Source of the DNA: Rhizophagus irregularis
Lineage: Eukaryota
DNA length: 64,000 nt
NCBI RefSeq assembly: GCF_026210795.1
Contig: NC_089435.1
Location: 1-64,000, forward strand
Reading direction: 5' to 3'
The notes beneath the pieces are model-generated. The model saw only the letters and a program-made list of their open reading frames with translations. It had not been told where the DNA came from and ran no database searches. Positions 40,385 through 51,385 of this stretch are shown piece by piece; positions within the stretch are counted from its first letter, which is position 1; the number at the start of each line of letters is the position of its first letter. Position numbers and translations under genes: made by a program.

Positions 40385-41306
40385 AGTAGGACAATCTTGG
40401 GGGTTCTGGGACAGCGGCTATCACATAGGTCTAACCATAATTTAGTATACCCCGACCAGACACCTGCTTGTTTTCTGATATGATAACACTATACCTGTTT
40501 TTCTATCCCCAGACCACCTAACCTTGATTCCTGATATGTTATTACTTGATAGCTAAAAAGAACCCCCAAGCGTTGTAGATAAGATTAACATCATTTATTC
40601 CTAGGCATTATTACCACGCATGGATCCATTCCAGGGTATCATAATTTTATGCTATATCAGATTGCCTTTATAAGTGCCGAAAGGTATGAAGGACACGAAG
40701 TGTCTGTAATACTGATGGCACGATTCAGCAATCCATTGTGGCATACTATTTTTATGATACTCTAAAAGGGATTCATTCGATGATTTAAGCCATTCATGCT
40801 CTAACCAAAAATGTATAGCAGGAAGGCAACTAGACATATTGTAAAGCTTTCCCTGCTATACAAAAAAATCTGGGACAGTGAAGTCTAACCAAAAATCTGA
40901 CCCAGGTCTAACCAAAAATGTATAGCAGGAAGGCAACTAGATATGTTTTAAAGCTTTTCCTCCTATACGAAAAAATCTGGGACAGTGAAGTCTAACCAAA
41001 AATCCAACCCAGGTCTAACCAAAAAATGTATAGCAGGAAGGTAACTAGACATATTGTAAAGCTTTTTCTGCAATACGAAAAAATCTGGGACAACAGGTCT
41101 AACCAAAAGTCTAACCAAAAATCTGACCGAGGTCTAACCAAAAAATATACAGCAGGTAGTCAACTAGACATATTGTAAAGCTCCCCCTGCAATACGAAAA
41201 ATCTGGGACAACAGGTCTAACCAAAAGTCTAACCAAAATTTAACCCTAATCATAAATTGCTCTGATTCTTTGACGAAGCCTATTTTCATACCGATTTTGA
41301 TAGTAA
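40385..41306 (+). repeat. Left TIR (922 bp) with internal ~120-bp tandem repeats
   Basis: Reverse complement of 51325-52241 with few differences; TCTAACCAAAA...GCAGGAAGGCAACTAGAC...CTGGGACA units at 40800-41240. Confidence 0.95.
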
Positions 41307-41376
41307 TAAGATGGGAAACATTTTAGAATTTATTAATTGAAGAAAAAAATTTTTAGGTTATTAGTACACAACCAGT

Positions 41377-44300
41377 ATGGCAACAAGCAATCGAACTTGT
41401 GATAGATGTGGAAAGACTTTTGCAACTCCACAAAAGCTTCGTGGGCATCAAAATAGAAAGTTTCTATGCAAGTCTACAGCTAACCCTCAGGATCCCACAC
41501 CTGAGATTGTACAATTGCAACCACAACCAGAGCAATTCCAGGATCCCACACCTGAGATTGTACAATTGCAACCACAACCGGAGCAACTCCAGGATCCCAC
41601 ACCTGAAGTTATCCCAGCTCATACAGAGAAAACTCCTAACTTAACAATTGATGAACTAGCAAAATGGTTAGCAGGACCTGGTGATTACAATCAATATACT
41701 CCACGAAAAAGAAGAGTTCCACAAACAGATAATGAATGGTTTGCTTATATGCAAGGAGATTATAGAGGAAGATGGTGTGATATTCAATTTGTAAAAAGAG
41801 GTCATGATCCTGCACGTCCACATAAATCTCTAAAACATAAGACAGTATGGCAAGCTGATCTTAAACCAAATGTTAGAGATATACCATATTTTCCAAGTAT
41901 AATAGCTGATACCCGCCAGAAAATAACAGAAATTCTTGAGAGGGAACTTGAAGAAAAGGGGCAAATCAAATCAGCTATCACTATATTGGCTACATATACA
42001 GATAATAGTGGAACATATAAGCAAGTTTATCATAGAGGAGTCATGCGTGTACTTCTTTTAAAGAATGATATAGATGATCATTTAACAAAATCAGCAGTAG
42101 ATATCACGGATAAAATTGTCAAATTTATGAAAGGAGGGTCTGGTTGGAAAATTGTTAGTATAGATATATTAACTATTGAGACGTATACTTATCGCCGAGC
42201 AGAAGGAGGCTCATACATTCTTACACCTAAGGCACTTGCAAATAAGAAGTGCACTATCAATCCTGATAACAAAGATCTCATAGATCCGGACACAGGCTTG
42301 CCTTCTGAAAAATGTTTGCAAGGGGCTTTAGGTGCTTACTTTGCATATAAAGATGGTCATACACAAAAACTTGAGCGAATCTTTCAGGCAGAAAAATTTA
42401 AGCTATACTTGGAACAAGTCAATCTCAATGCAATTCCCATGCCCACTCCTGTTTGTCCACGCATATTTAGCAAGATTGAGGACCTCAATCCTGAGATCTC
42501 CATTAATGTATGGGAATGGGAGGAGAAAACTGGTATTCCAAAACCTGTTATTGCAAGTAAGAATTACAACCGTCAACATATCATTCACCTTATGGCCCTT
42601 ACAGATATTACAAAATCAGATGAAGGAAAGTATGGTCAGAAGAATCACTTCCTTTGGATTAAGAATCCTGATGCTTTAATATACAAAGATACATCCCACA
42701 AGGGAAAGAAGCATCTTTGCAATCGGTGCTTCCAAAGCTTTCCATCGTCTAAATCTTTAACTAATCATCAGGAATGGTGTTTTGGATTAGGTGAGTCACC
42801 ACAAAGAGTTGAGTTACCAGTTAAAGGTAAGAATGATTTTGAGGAGTTTAAGAATTTTAACCGAACAATGTATGCCCCATGTGTAATTATTGCAGACTTT
42901 GAGGCTGATAACAGAAAGTGTAATGAAAACTATGGTGGAAATATGCATAAGATTATGGAGCAAAAGGCTAACAGCTTCTGCTATATGGTCCACTGGATTG
43001 AAACTGATGAGACATGGGGGCCATTCTTATACCGAGGACCAAATGCAACAGAAGAGTTTGTCAGCAGACTTGATAAAGAATTAAGAAGGATTAATGATGT
43101 TTTAGAAGTAAAAGTAGAACGTATTGTAACAGAGGAAGCTAAAAAGGAATTCACTAAAGCAGTTAGTTGTTGGATATGTAATGGGAATTTCAATCAGGGC
43201 ATGCAAGACAAAAAAGTTTGGGATCACTGCCACATCACAGGTAAGTTTCGTGGGGCTGCTCATAATGCATGCAATCTTAAGCTTCAAATCGAAGCATGGA
43301 AGACTCCAATTCCTGTAGTATTTCATAACTTCCGTGGCTATGACTCCCATTTAGTTTGTGAATCTGTTGGACGATCAATTGGAGCACATCAAATCAAAGT
43401 TATTGCAGAGACATTCGAACGTTACAAATCCATGAAAGTAGGGCAATTCAAGTACATTGATAGCATGCAGTTCATGGCTTCCAGTCTTGCAAACCTTGCA
43501 AAGAATTTAGGGACAGATAAACCCCTTACAAAGCGACACTTCAACAACTTCTCGTCTGAACATATTGACTTAATCACATGTAAGGGGGTTTATCCTTATG
43601 AATATATTGATTCACATGATCGTTTCAAGGAGACAGAACTCCCATCTATTCATGACTTTCATAGTACTCTTGGAGGAAAGATCACTCAGGATAATTACAA
43701 ACATGCACAAAAAGTTTGGAAGGAATTTGGCTGCAAAAACTTGGGCGAGTATCATGACCTTTACCTTAAGACTGATGTTCTTCTCCTAGCAGATGTCTGG
43801 ACAAAATTTAGACAGACAGCGATGCATCATTATGGACTTGACCCAAGTCATTATGTCTCTGCTCCTGCACTTTCTTGGGATGGCATGCTTAAGATGACTG
43901 GAGTTAAAATAGAGCTATTCACTGACATGACCATGCATGATTTTACTGAAAAGGCTAAACGTGGAGGAATAGCTATGGCAGGGACACCGTTTCTTAAAAG
44001 CCAATAACCCTAAGATGGGTGACTCCTTTAATCCCTCTAAACCTACTACCTGGATTTCCTATGTAGATGCAAACAATCTGTATGGATGGGCTATGAGCCA
44101 GTACTTGCCTATTGGTAACTACAGATGGAAAGCATCTCCAGAATATTTCAAACAGAATCTAGATAAGCAGAAGCAGATACTTAATGTAATTCTTAATACA
44201 AAACCAGATGCTGCCCGTGGTTACTTCCTAAATATCAAAGCGCACTTCCCCCTTAAAACTCATGATTATCTACAAGATTTACCTCCTGCAGTTGATAGTA

Positions 44301-45497
44301 TAGCTGTAAAAAAGGATAGGTTAAGCCCATATATAACCAAACTTGTTGATAACTTAGATGGAGGGCGATTTCCTGAAACAGAGAAGTTAGTTCCACATCT
44401 TAGTAAACATGAAGATTATGTTATACATTACCAAGAGCTCCAGTATTACATTAAGTTAGGCATGGTTGTAGATGAGATTACACAAGTCCTATCATTTGAT
44501 CAAGATAACTGGTTAGCTCCTTATATTGCAAAAAATACAAATTTACGTCAACAATCCAAGAATTCATTTGAGAAAGACTTCTTTAAACTCATGAATAACT
44601 CAGTCTATGGCAAGACTATGGAGAATGTACGTAAGTATCAGGATGTCGAAGCTTATGAGAATGATCAATGAAAATGATGAAAAGAAATTCCTTAAGAAAG
44701 TTCGCAAGCCCTCCTTCAAGTATGCTCGTCAACTTGGCAACACACTTGTAGGAGCACATATGGGTAAGGCTAGTGTTATTCTCAATAAACCTATCATTAT
44801 CGGTGCATCTGTCCTTGGTCTCAGTAAACTCTTAATGTACCGCTTCTGGTATGGTTTTGTCAAAGAGAAGTATGGAAACAAAGTACGACTTGGATATATG
44901 GATACTGACTCCTTTATCTACCATGTCGAGACAGAAGATATTTACAAGGATATGGCAGAGCGTCCAGATCTCTTTGACCTTAATGATACCAAGACAATCG
45001 GGCTTTTCAAGGATGAGACTCCTGGAAATGTAATTACTGAATCCTACCACATCCGTGCAAAATCCTACCACTATGTCTTGGCAGACAAGTCTACAAAGTC
45101 CAAACATAAAGGAGTAAGCAAGAAGGGTATGAGTGATATGGCTAAGGACACATATTTCCCATCTTTAGGTGGAACTTTATTAGATGATACAGTAGAAAAA
45201 GATGAAATCTTCGATCCTATGACTCAAGTATATCGGGACTGTCTGTTTGAAAATGGTGTCTTCTATGCCAAGAATGTGGGAATGCGTACAAAAAATCATG
45301 TAATATCACTAATCGAGTCAGAGAAGAAGGCATTATCCCCAATCGATACAAAACGCTGGATTTGGTCAGATGGTATATCCTCCTTACCATTCGGACACTG
45401 GCGTATTCAAGTATATAAGAAACTTCTTGAGCGTGGTACAAGTCATGAGGCAGCAGAAAAAATAGCTATAGGGACCAGATTACCAGAGAAATATTAG
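41377..45497 (+). CDS. Protein-primed family B DNA polymerase with N-terminal Zn finger and endonuclease-VII-like insert; two +1 frameshifts (~43982, ~44648)
   Basis: CDRCGKTF...H; GSGW..GGSY N-terminal region; exonuclease motifs IADFE, FHNFRGYDSH, YLKTDVLLL; CWIC...DHCHITGKFRGAAHNACN; polymerase motifs YVDANNLYGWAM, KLMNNSVYGKT, YMDTDS. Confidence 0.95.
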
Positions 45498-45569
45498 AAT
45501 GATATAGAATAGTTTAGTGATACTTAGGCATATATTAATAATAAATTATATTTTTTCCCGATAGTTAAA

Positions 45570-45839
45570 ATGGAAGACGATCCAATCTATGATATACATA
45601 GTGAAGAATATATCGATGACCTTATACATATCACAATTCAGAGAGGTCTCTTTAAAGATGTAGAGGATGCAATAAAAAGTATAAAGGCATTAGCTAAAAT
45701 GGTCATAAGTTCTAAGACTAGTATTGATGCATTTATGAAATGCCCTGTACCAAACATTCCAAATGCCTTTTATGACTTAGTAGAGGCATTTTATTATTCA
45801 ATACTAAGAGAAAGACAATCATTAGCACATGACATCTAA
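45570..45839 (+). CDS. Hypothetical 89-aa protein of the pPolB element
   Basis: ATG ORF packed tightly downstream of pPolB. Confidence 0.55.
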   Translation: MEDDPIYDIHSEEYIDDLIHITIQRGLFKDVEDAIKSIKALAKMVISSKTSIDAFMKCPVPNIPNAFYDLVEAFYYSILRERQSLAHDI

Positions 45840-45932
45840 CAGATTTCTGGGAGGTGTCATATGATAAGATATTCTATGGAATTCTTCAGAATTCTTTGGA
45901 ATTCCAAATTTTTTTTTTCGTAATAAGAACTA

Positions 45933-46370
45933 ATGTCTTTCAACCAGGTATACACTGAGCTACTAGTTATGTTACCAGCTTCTGTAATACATGAGGCATG
46001 GATTCGTCTCACAACAAGGAAGCGTAGTCCACTATCTGTGTCTGATGCCAGTGGAGTAAATTCCATGGTAGAGTTATTTTTGAAACATGAAGTAGAAAGA
46101 TACCAGAAAAAATTAGCACGTCAGAGACTAACTGTTAAACAGACATATATGCCAAGAAACAGAATGACACAAGACATGATTAGTGAAGAGGTTTCCATAC
46201 TTCAGAAGCACTTGCTTGAATATAATAAGGTTACTTTTGGCCGATTCATGCAGAACTTTACTAAAGAACATGAGAAATTGATCAAGACAAATCATCAGAT
46301 ACGACATGAAATTGATACCATGAAGAAGCAAGTACGAGAAATAGAAAAAAAACTTGCTTCCATGTCGTAG
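45933..46370 (+). CDS. Hypothetical 145-aa protein with C-terminal coiled coil
   Basis: ATG ORF that stops 6 bp from the convergent zinc-finger ORF. Confidence 0.6.
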   Translation: MSFNQVYTELLVMLPASVIHEAWIRLTTRKRSPLSVSDASGVNSMVELFLKHEVERYQKKLARQRLTVKQTYMPRNRMTQDMISEEVSILQKHLLEYNKVTFGRFMQNFTKEHEKLIKTNHQIRHEIDTMKKQVREIEKKLASMS

Positions 46371-46376
46371 TTCCCA

Positions 46377-46628
46377 TTATTCATCAAGAAATAGACGAAT
46401 GGGTACTGTTGCTTTACTCAAATTTTGTGTGGACTGCGCATGGGATTTTTTTACTGTGCATAGACTTTGCATGGACTTTGCATGGGAAATTTTAACTGCA
46501 CATGGGCTTTGCATGGGCTTTGCATGGGACTTTTTTACTGCACATGGATTTTTTCGTAAAAAATGTTGTTTAAGATTAGAAGGATATGGGAATTCCTTCC
46601 CACAATGCTGACAGGTACGATCAGCTAG
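46377..46628 (-). CDS. Zinc-finger ORF with no ATG before the finger, plus three 14-aa Cys/His repeats (not in supplied track)
   Basis: Manual translation: LADRTCQHCGKEFPYPSNLKQHFLRKNPCAVKKSHAKPMQSPCAVKISHAKSMQSLCTVKKSHAQSTQNLSKATVPIRLFLDE*, directly after an A10 run. Confidence 0.7.
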   Translation of the reverse strand, partial: LADRTCQHCGKEFPYPSNLKQHFLRKNPCAVKKSHAKPMQSPCAVKISHAKSMQSLCTVKKSHAQSTQNLSKATVPIRLFLDE

Positions 46629-47580
46629 TTTTTTTTTTATAGGCTGGCTGGCTATCTACTGCAAAAACATTACGTTGTGCCTTATGTACAGAGAGAGGAA
46701 TTGAGACAACCTGTCCATTTACATTTGCTTTGAACTCACCCTTTACTACAGGTTCCCAACCTGCACGATACTGCCACTGTGTACCAAGTATTAGCAATGA
46801 TTTGTCCTTACCATTTCGATCCTTCTCGGTAGGTATAACAGAGAATTCGTCTGATATAGTGACTGTATTTGTACCTTCACCGATAGTTATGGGAATTTCA
46901 TTGATAGTGCCAAGAGTTTTGGTTGATCCAGCTACACCATTAAGTGCATGTATATTCTTTCGATCTATTTTGAGACCTAGATGCTTAGCTACATTCTCAG
47001 AGATTACTGAAGAGTCAGACCCTGTATCGATCATAGCATAGGGTATGCATACATTTTGATTTTACAGGAAATGGTCGCTACATCATTGGGATCATCTAAC
47101 TGGAGAAAGTTGATTTCTAAGGGTCTTGGCCAGTATAGGTTTTTCTGCTGATAGGCACGTATGACGTATTGCATGGTTCAGTGTTTTGTCTTCTTTCTGT
47201 TCTACTTCAGATGGTACATCTGCAGGAGGAGTTGGTAATAGTGGAGTTGCTGTATTTACAGCATGAGCTAGAGGAGATAAAATGTCTTGCATATTTGCTG
47301 AAAGAACATCCCAGAGTTTCTTTCTTTCACTAACTGGATAGTCACTAACAAAATGGTTTAAAAGCGGGTCTTTCAGATTCTCATATGCTTGATTGGTATA
47401 AGCATTAATCTGTAGGAGGATTTCTTTAGGACATTGTACTGCTAGTGAAGCAATTATAGACTTCAGTGCTGCATGAAAGACTTCATCAGTTTTCTTGAGA
47501 ATAGGTTCTCTTTTAGATTTGGAAGTACGGGATTTTTTCCCTTTGTTTTTTACCGAAATTCCACGTTGACGAGTTTTTTT
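46621..47580 (-). CDS. Linker plus retropepsin-type aspartic protease, in the -1 frame of Gag; two compensating frame breaks (~47165, ~47055)
   Basis: Open -1 frame from the A10 run at 47574-47583; AMIDTGSDSSVIS catalytic motif, LGLKI, flap-like GVAG, LILGTQW. Confidence 0.85.
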
Positions 47581-49637
47581 TTTACACTAAAGCAATTCTG
47601 AGGTTCATCCTCCTCCTCTTCTTCTTCAGTTAACTCTTCCTCAGTTTCTTCATCAGTTTCCTCATCACTTTCAGATTCTTCATAGTCAACTATGTGAGTA
47701 TTGTTAACTTTCTTAGTACGTCTACTCCGTGAACACTTGTTTTTGAAATGACCTGTTCTACCACAGTTTGAGCAATGACGTTTAGGAGAAGATTTGGTTG
47801 TCTTTGTCACCTTTTTAACCTGACCAGTTCCGAAGTGATCTTTTCTTAGATGTTGTGTTTGTCCACCTAACTTTCTGGTAAGATCACTCTCAATGAAAGT
47901 ATGTATTGCTACAGGATTTGTTATGTCACCAGTATAGCCAAGACGTACTGCTATATCTGCAAGCTTTTCTAATGCAGTTCTATTCTGTGGTTGTTCTACT
48001 ATAGTGGTTGGATTTTTTCGCCCTCCACTTTCATACCATTTATTACGTAACTCATTAAAGAAAGCATCAAGATCAGCAGGAGCAGCAATTCTAACTCTCA
48101 TTTCTAAAACATCAGGCAAATGATTATATAGATAAGGTAAAATTTCAGCATATACTTGTCCTTGTGCTAATGATCGAATCCTTTTTGCATATGTATCTGG
48201 TGTATCTATAGGAGAAAATGATTCATTCATGAGTGCTATTATAGCACCTTGATTTGTTCCAACCATCACATCTCTATATTTTCCTTGCAGCCAGTTTAGA
48301 AACTCTGGTTCTGTATTAATAGCAGCATTGGCATTATATGGATTATTTGCTGGAACAGGAATAAATCTACCAGACATTTTATTTTTCATAACACTACACC
48401 TCATAGCAGCATTAAAAACAGCAACAGCTAGTGGACGAGCCATTTCATTGACAGCTCTAAGCTTTTGATAATAAGAGTCTGGCGGCTCTTGTCCATCATA
48501 AAATGGTAACTGTGCAAGACCTGGTGATATAGTATGCATGACATCTTGTATTGTAGCCATGTTTGGAGGATTGTTTTGTAACGCTAATATTTGTTGTTGT
48601 AAATTTAAAATATTTTGGGCCTGCCTGTCTTGTACTTGGGTCTGTGAAATCCTATATTGTCTTTGCCAGTTTTGTGCCTGACGTATACAACCTGCATGCC
48701 TTCTTCTCCAACGTTCTGTATCAGCATTATAGCGTAACATCAGCCTGTGTGCATTCCTTCTATGCTCAGCTATCTGATTCTGTTGGTTTGCTATCTGATT
48801 CTGTTGATTTACCAGCTGATTCTGCTGGTTTGCCAGTTGTGCATCTTTACGTCTATTCAGAAAACGTATACCTAGATTGGCTATTTGTATTCCTGCAATA
48901 CGTGCTTGATTCTGTTGTGCAACAGTTTCCCAGTGTCTACGAGCATTTGTCTCATATGTAAAATCATCATGTACTCTTATTAAGTCTTGATTAAGAGCAT
49001 TTGTACGATCTAAAGATTCTCCAAGTAATGTCTGCAATCCTTCTATCTGATTTAGTTGGTCTACACCAATTTCTTGCATTAGAGCAGCTTGACGAATAAT
49101 TTCATCAAGACTTTGAGTGGTAGCATTAAAGACATCATCTATGTCTTGTGGAATTGGAATCCTATTCCGATCAAAAAATAGTCGAATCTCAGACACACAA
49201 TCTGCAACTGCCCGTCGGCGGTCTAGTATTCTTAGAATAGGATTGAATAATTCATTATCTTCATCCATTTCTATCTTTCCTTTACATAAAGATAATTCTT
49301 GAATGCGTTTTTTGAGTTTATCTACTGTGTCTTCAAGCTGAATAATACGTTCATCCTGGGCAACAAGTGCCTCTTCCTTTAACTCTAAGTGATCTCGATA
49401 CTTTCCAAATTCAACTAAAGTGGACTGACACTCTGCCTTTAACTGATCGATCTCATCCTCACGTGAAACAAGATTTTTTTCAAGATAGAAGATATATCGT
49501 TCACATGCCTCTATCTCCTTTGTGAGTTTACGGATTTTCTCCTTATTGGAAATATTATTTGTTTCCTCTAATATCAGCTCTTTACGTAAAGCAAAGTTGC
49601 TATTTAGCAGATCAAGATATGCCTGTTCAACTCCCAT
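47550..49637 (-). CDS. Gag-like protein: long coiled coil, capsid-like domain, CCHC zinc knuckle, acidic tail
   Basis: LPFYDGQEPPDSYY, FLNWLQGKY, MHR-like ESFSPIDTPDTYAKRIR, CSNCGRTGHFKNKC (CX2CX4HX4C). Confidence 0.75.
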   Translation of the reverse strand: MGVEQAYLDLLNSNFALRKELILEETNNISNKEKIRKLTKEIEACERYIFYLEKNLVSREDEIDQLKAECQSTLVEFGKYRDHLELKEEALVAQDERIIQLEDTVDKLKKRIQELSLCKGKIEMDEDNELFNPILRILDRRRAVADCVSEIRLFFDRNRIPIPQDIDDVFNATTQSLDEIIRQAALMQEIGVDQLNQIEGLQTLLGESLDRTNALNQDLIRVHDDFTYETNARRHWETVAQQNQARIAGIQIANLGIRFLNRRKDAQLANQQNQLVNQQNQIANQQNQIAEHRRNAHRLMLRYNADTERWRRRHAGCIRQAQNWQRQYRISQTQVQDRQAQNILNLQQQILALQNNPPNMATIQDVMHTISPGLAQLPFYDGQEPPDSYYQKLRAVNEMARPLAVAVFNAAMRCSVMKNKMSGRFIPVPANNPYNANAAINTEPEFLNWLQGKYRDVMVGTNQGAIIALMNESFSPIDTPDTYAKRIRSLAQGQVYAEILPYLYNHLPDVLEMRVRIAAPADLDAFFNELRNKWYESGGRKNPTTIVEQPQNRTALEKLADIAVRLGYTGDITNPVAIHTFIESDLTRKLGGQTQHLRKDHFGTGQVKKVTKTTKSSPKRHCSNCGRTGHFKNKCSRSRRTKKVNNTHIVDYEESESDEETDEETEEELTEEEEEEDEPQNCFSVKKKLVNVEFR

Positions 49638-50728
49638 TGATTCCTATTATTCCAATAGATTCTGATGAAGCACGAAATGTAGAGGTGACTTCGACTTTAT
49701 GCAGAATATTTTATCAACCATCTGGATATCAGAGGACTGCCAAAAAATTGTATGAGACATCACAAAATGCTGGATATGATTTCACCTTAGATGAAGTGCA
49801 GGATTGGCTTGAAAGACAGGCAGTACATCAAGTCCACAAACCTCGTCCCCGATTTATCCCTCGTGTAAGTTTTAGTTCTATACAAGTTCCCAATGAAGTT
49901 CATCAAGCTGACATTTTGTATATGCCATATGACAAGGTTGGACATGTGACTTATCTTTTCTGTCTCAATATAGTTGATATAGCATCGAGGTATAAAGAAA
50001 GTGTCCCTATAGGTTCAACCAGTGTTAAAGATCGACAGGGAATCCTAACTTCTCATACTATTGCTCAGGCTCTTGAAAAGGTATATGATGATACAACATG
50101 TCCGCTCACTTGGCCAAAATTATTGATTACAGATAGGGGTTCAGAGTTTAAAGGTGAGTGTGAAAAGTTGATGACTTCCCATGGTGTAAAGATTCAGAAG
50201 GCCAAGTCTAAGCGTACTGTTGGCATTGTGGAGCGATATAACCGTACCTTGGTTGAGAAACTATTTCCCTCTCAAGATGCATCTGACTTACTAACTTTAG
50301 GTAAAACGAGATCTCGAGTCTGGGTAAAAAACTTACCTATTGCTGTAGAAAGTATAAATAACTCAGTGACCCAACAACTTGGTATATCTCCTGCTGTAGC
50401 TATAAAAAAATCACGAGTGTCTTCCAGATCTTCTTATCCTCGTGATGGACCTGTTGGGTATGAAGAAGAGAAACTACCACCTGATATAAGTGTAAGGTAC
50501 TTATTTGAACCAAATGATCTGGAAGGTGGAAAACGTTGAGCAGGAGATATGAATTGGTTACCTAAGATTTATCATATCCATATGTCTTTAACACAGAAAA
50601 ATCAACCAGTTTTGTACTGGCTTATTGATGATGATGGTAAAGAATCAGAGAGATCCTTTGTGAGGGAAGAACTTTTGGTTATACCAGATGATACAGAACT
50701 TCCACCACAATGGGTACTTATGAATTAA
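49619..50728 (+). CDS. DDE (rve) integrase of Polinton type, one premature TGA at 50537
   Basis: FYQPSGY, HQADILY, LITDRGSEF, IVERYNRTL. The frame continues past the TGA as AGDMNW...PVLYWL...RSFVREELLVIPDDTELPP to TAA 50728. Confidence 0.9.
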
Positions 50729-51096
50729 GATAGTCTTCTACCTCATCATCTGCTTGGGAGTCTGTGAGGAAGTATTCTTTTGCCAATTCGATAGTATAAC
50801 CTGTATAGCTTATTAATAGCAGACAAAAGTTTTGGCTCTCTGCTATACCAGGTCTTATAATTTTCCAAGATTTGCTGATACTTTGTCTCATTAGGTAGAA
50901 TAGATTGTGCTGTTTCAAGAACAAAATTTTCTGGTTCTTCTGCTTGACGCAATTTGATTATCCTTTGTTTGTAACATAACATGAATTTACCATCCTTTGG
51001 TTTCTTGTAAAGGATGCCTGCTTTAATTACAGCAATTAGAGCTGATTCAATTTCACGGTATGTTGGCTTAGCTGGTATAGCTTGGGTAGACATCAT
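50718..51096 (-). CDS. Hypothetical helical protein of the pPolB element, probable 1-bp frameshift near 50790
   Basis: ORF 50746-51096 joined to the tail ELAKEYFLTDSQADDEVEDYLNS* of 50718-50924; the stop overlaps the integrase end. Confidence 0.55.
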
Positions 51097-51148
51097 TTTT
51101 ATATCATGTAAAGTTTTTTTTAATTTAACTTATTTATACTTAATAAAA

Positions 51149-51385
51149 ATGATTGGAGAATATACTTGTGAATATTTACATAACACAGGAAAGCCTTGTG
51201 GTCGTCCTTGTGTGAGGCCAGAAGGTTGTCGCATTCATTGGAAGACAAAATCACGCTTTCCTTGTGCTGTATGTGGTAAACCTACAGGTTCATCTAGTGG
51301 TCGATATCAATCTCATATTGGGAGTTACTATCAAAATCGGTATGAAAATAGGCTTCGTCAAAGAATCAGAGCAATTTATGATTAG
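51149..51385 (+). CDS. Small Cys/His-rich zinc-binding protein, 3' end inside the right TIR
   Basis: MIGEYTCEYLHNTGKPCGRPCVRPEGCRIH...PCAVCGKPT. Confidence 0.65.
   Translation: MIGEYTCEYLHNTGKPCGRPCVRPEGCRIHWKTKSRFPCAVCGKPTGSSSGRYQSHIGSYYQNRYENRLRQRIRAIYD

Noticed and set aside
40652..40837. ORFs in the TIRs (40652-40837, 51736-51969, 51264-51691)
   Set aside because: Mirror-image or repeat-derived frames with no recognisable motifs.
46377..49637. gag-pro as an ordinary nested LTR retrotransposon
   Set aside because: No LTRs, TSD, RT or RNase H are visible, and both ends abut or overlap neighbouring genes of the element. Disfavoured, but not excluded without other copies.
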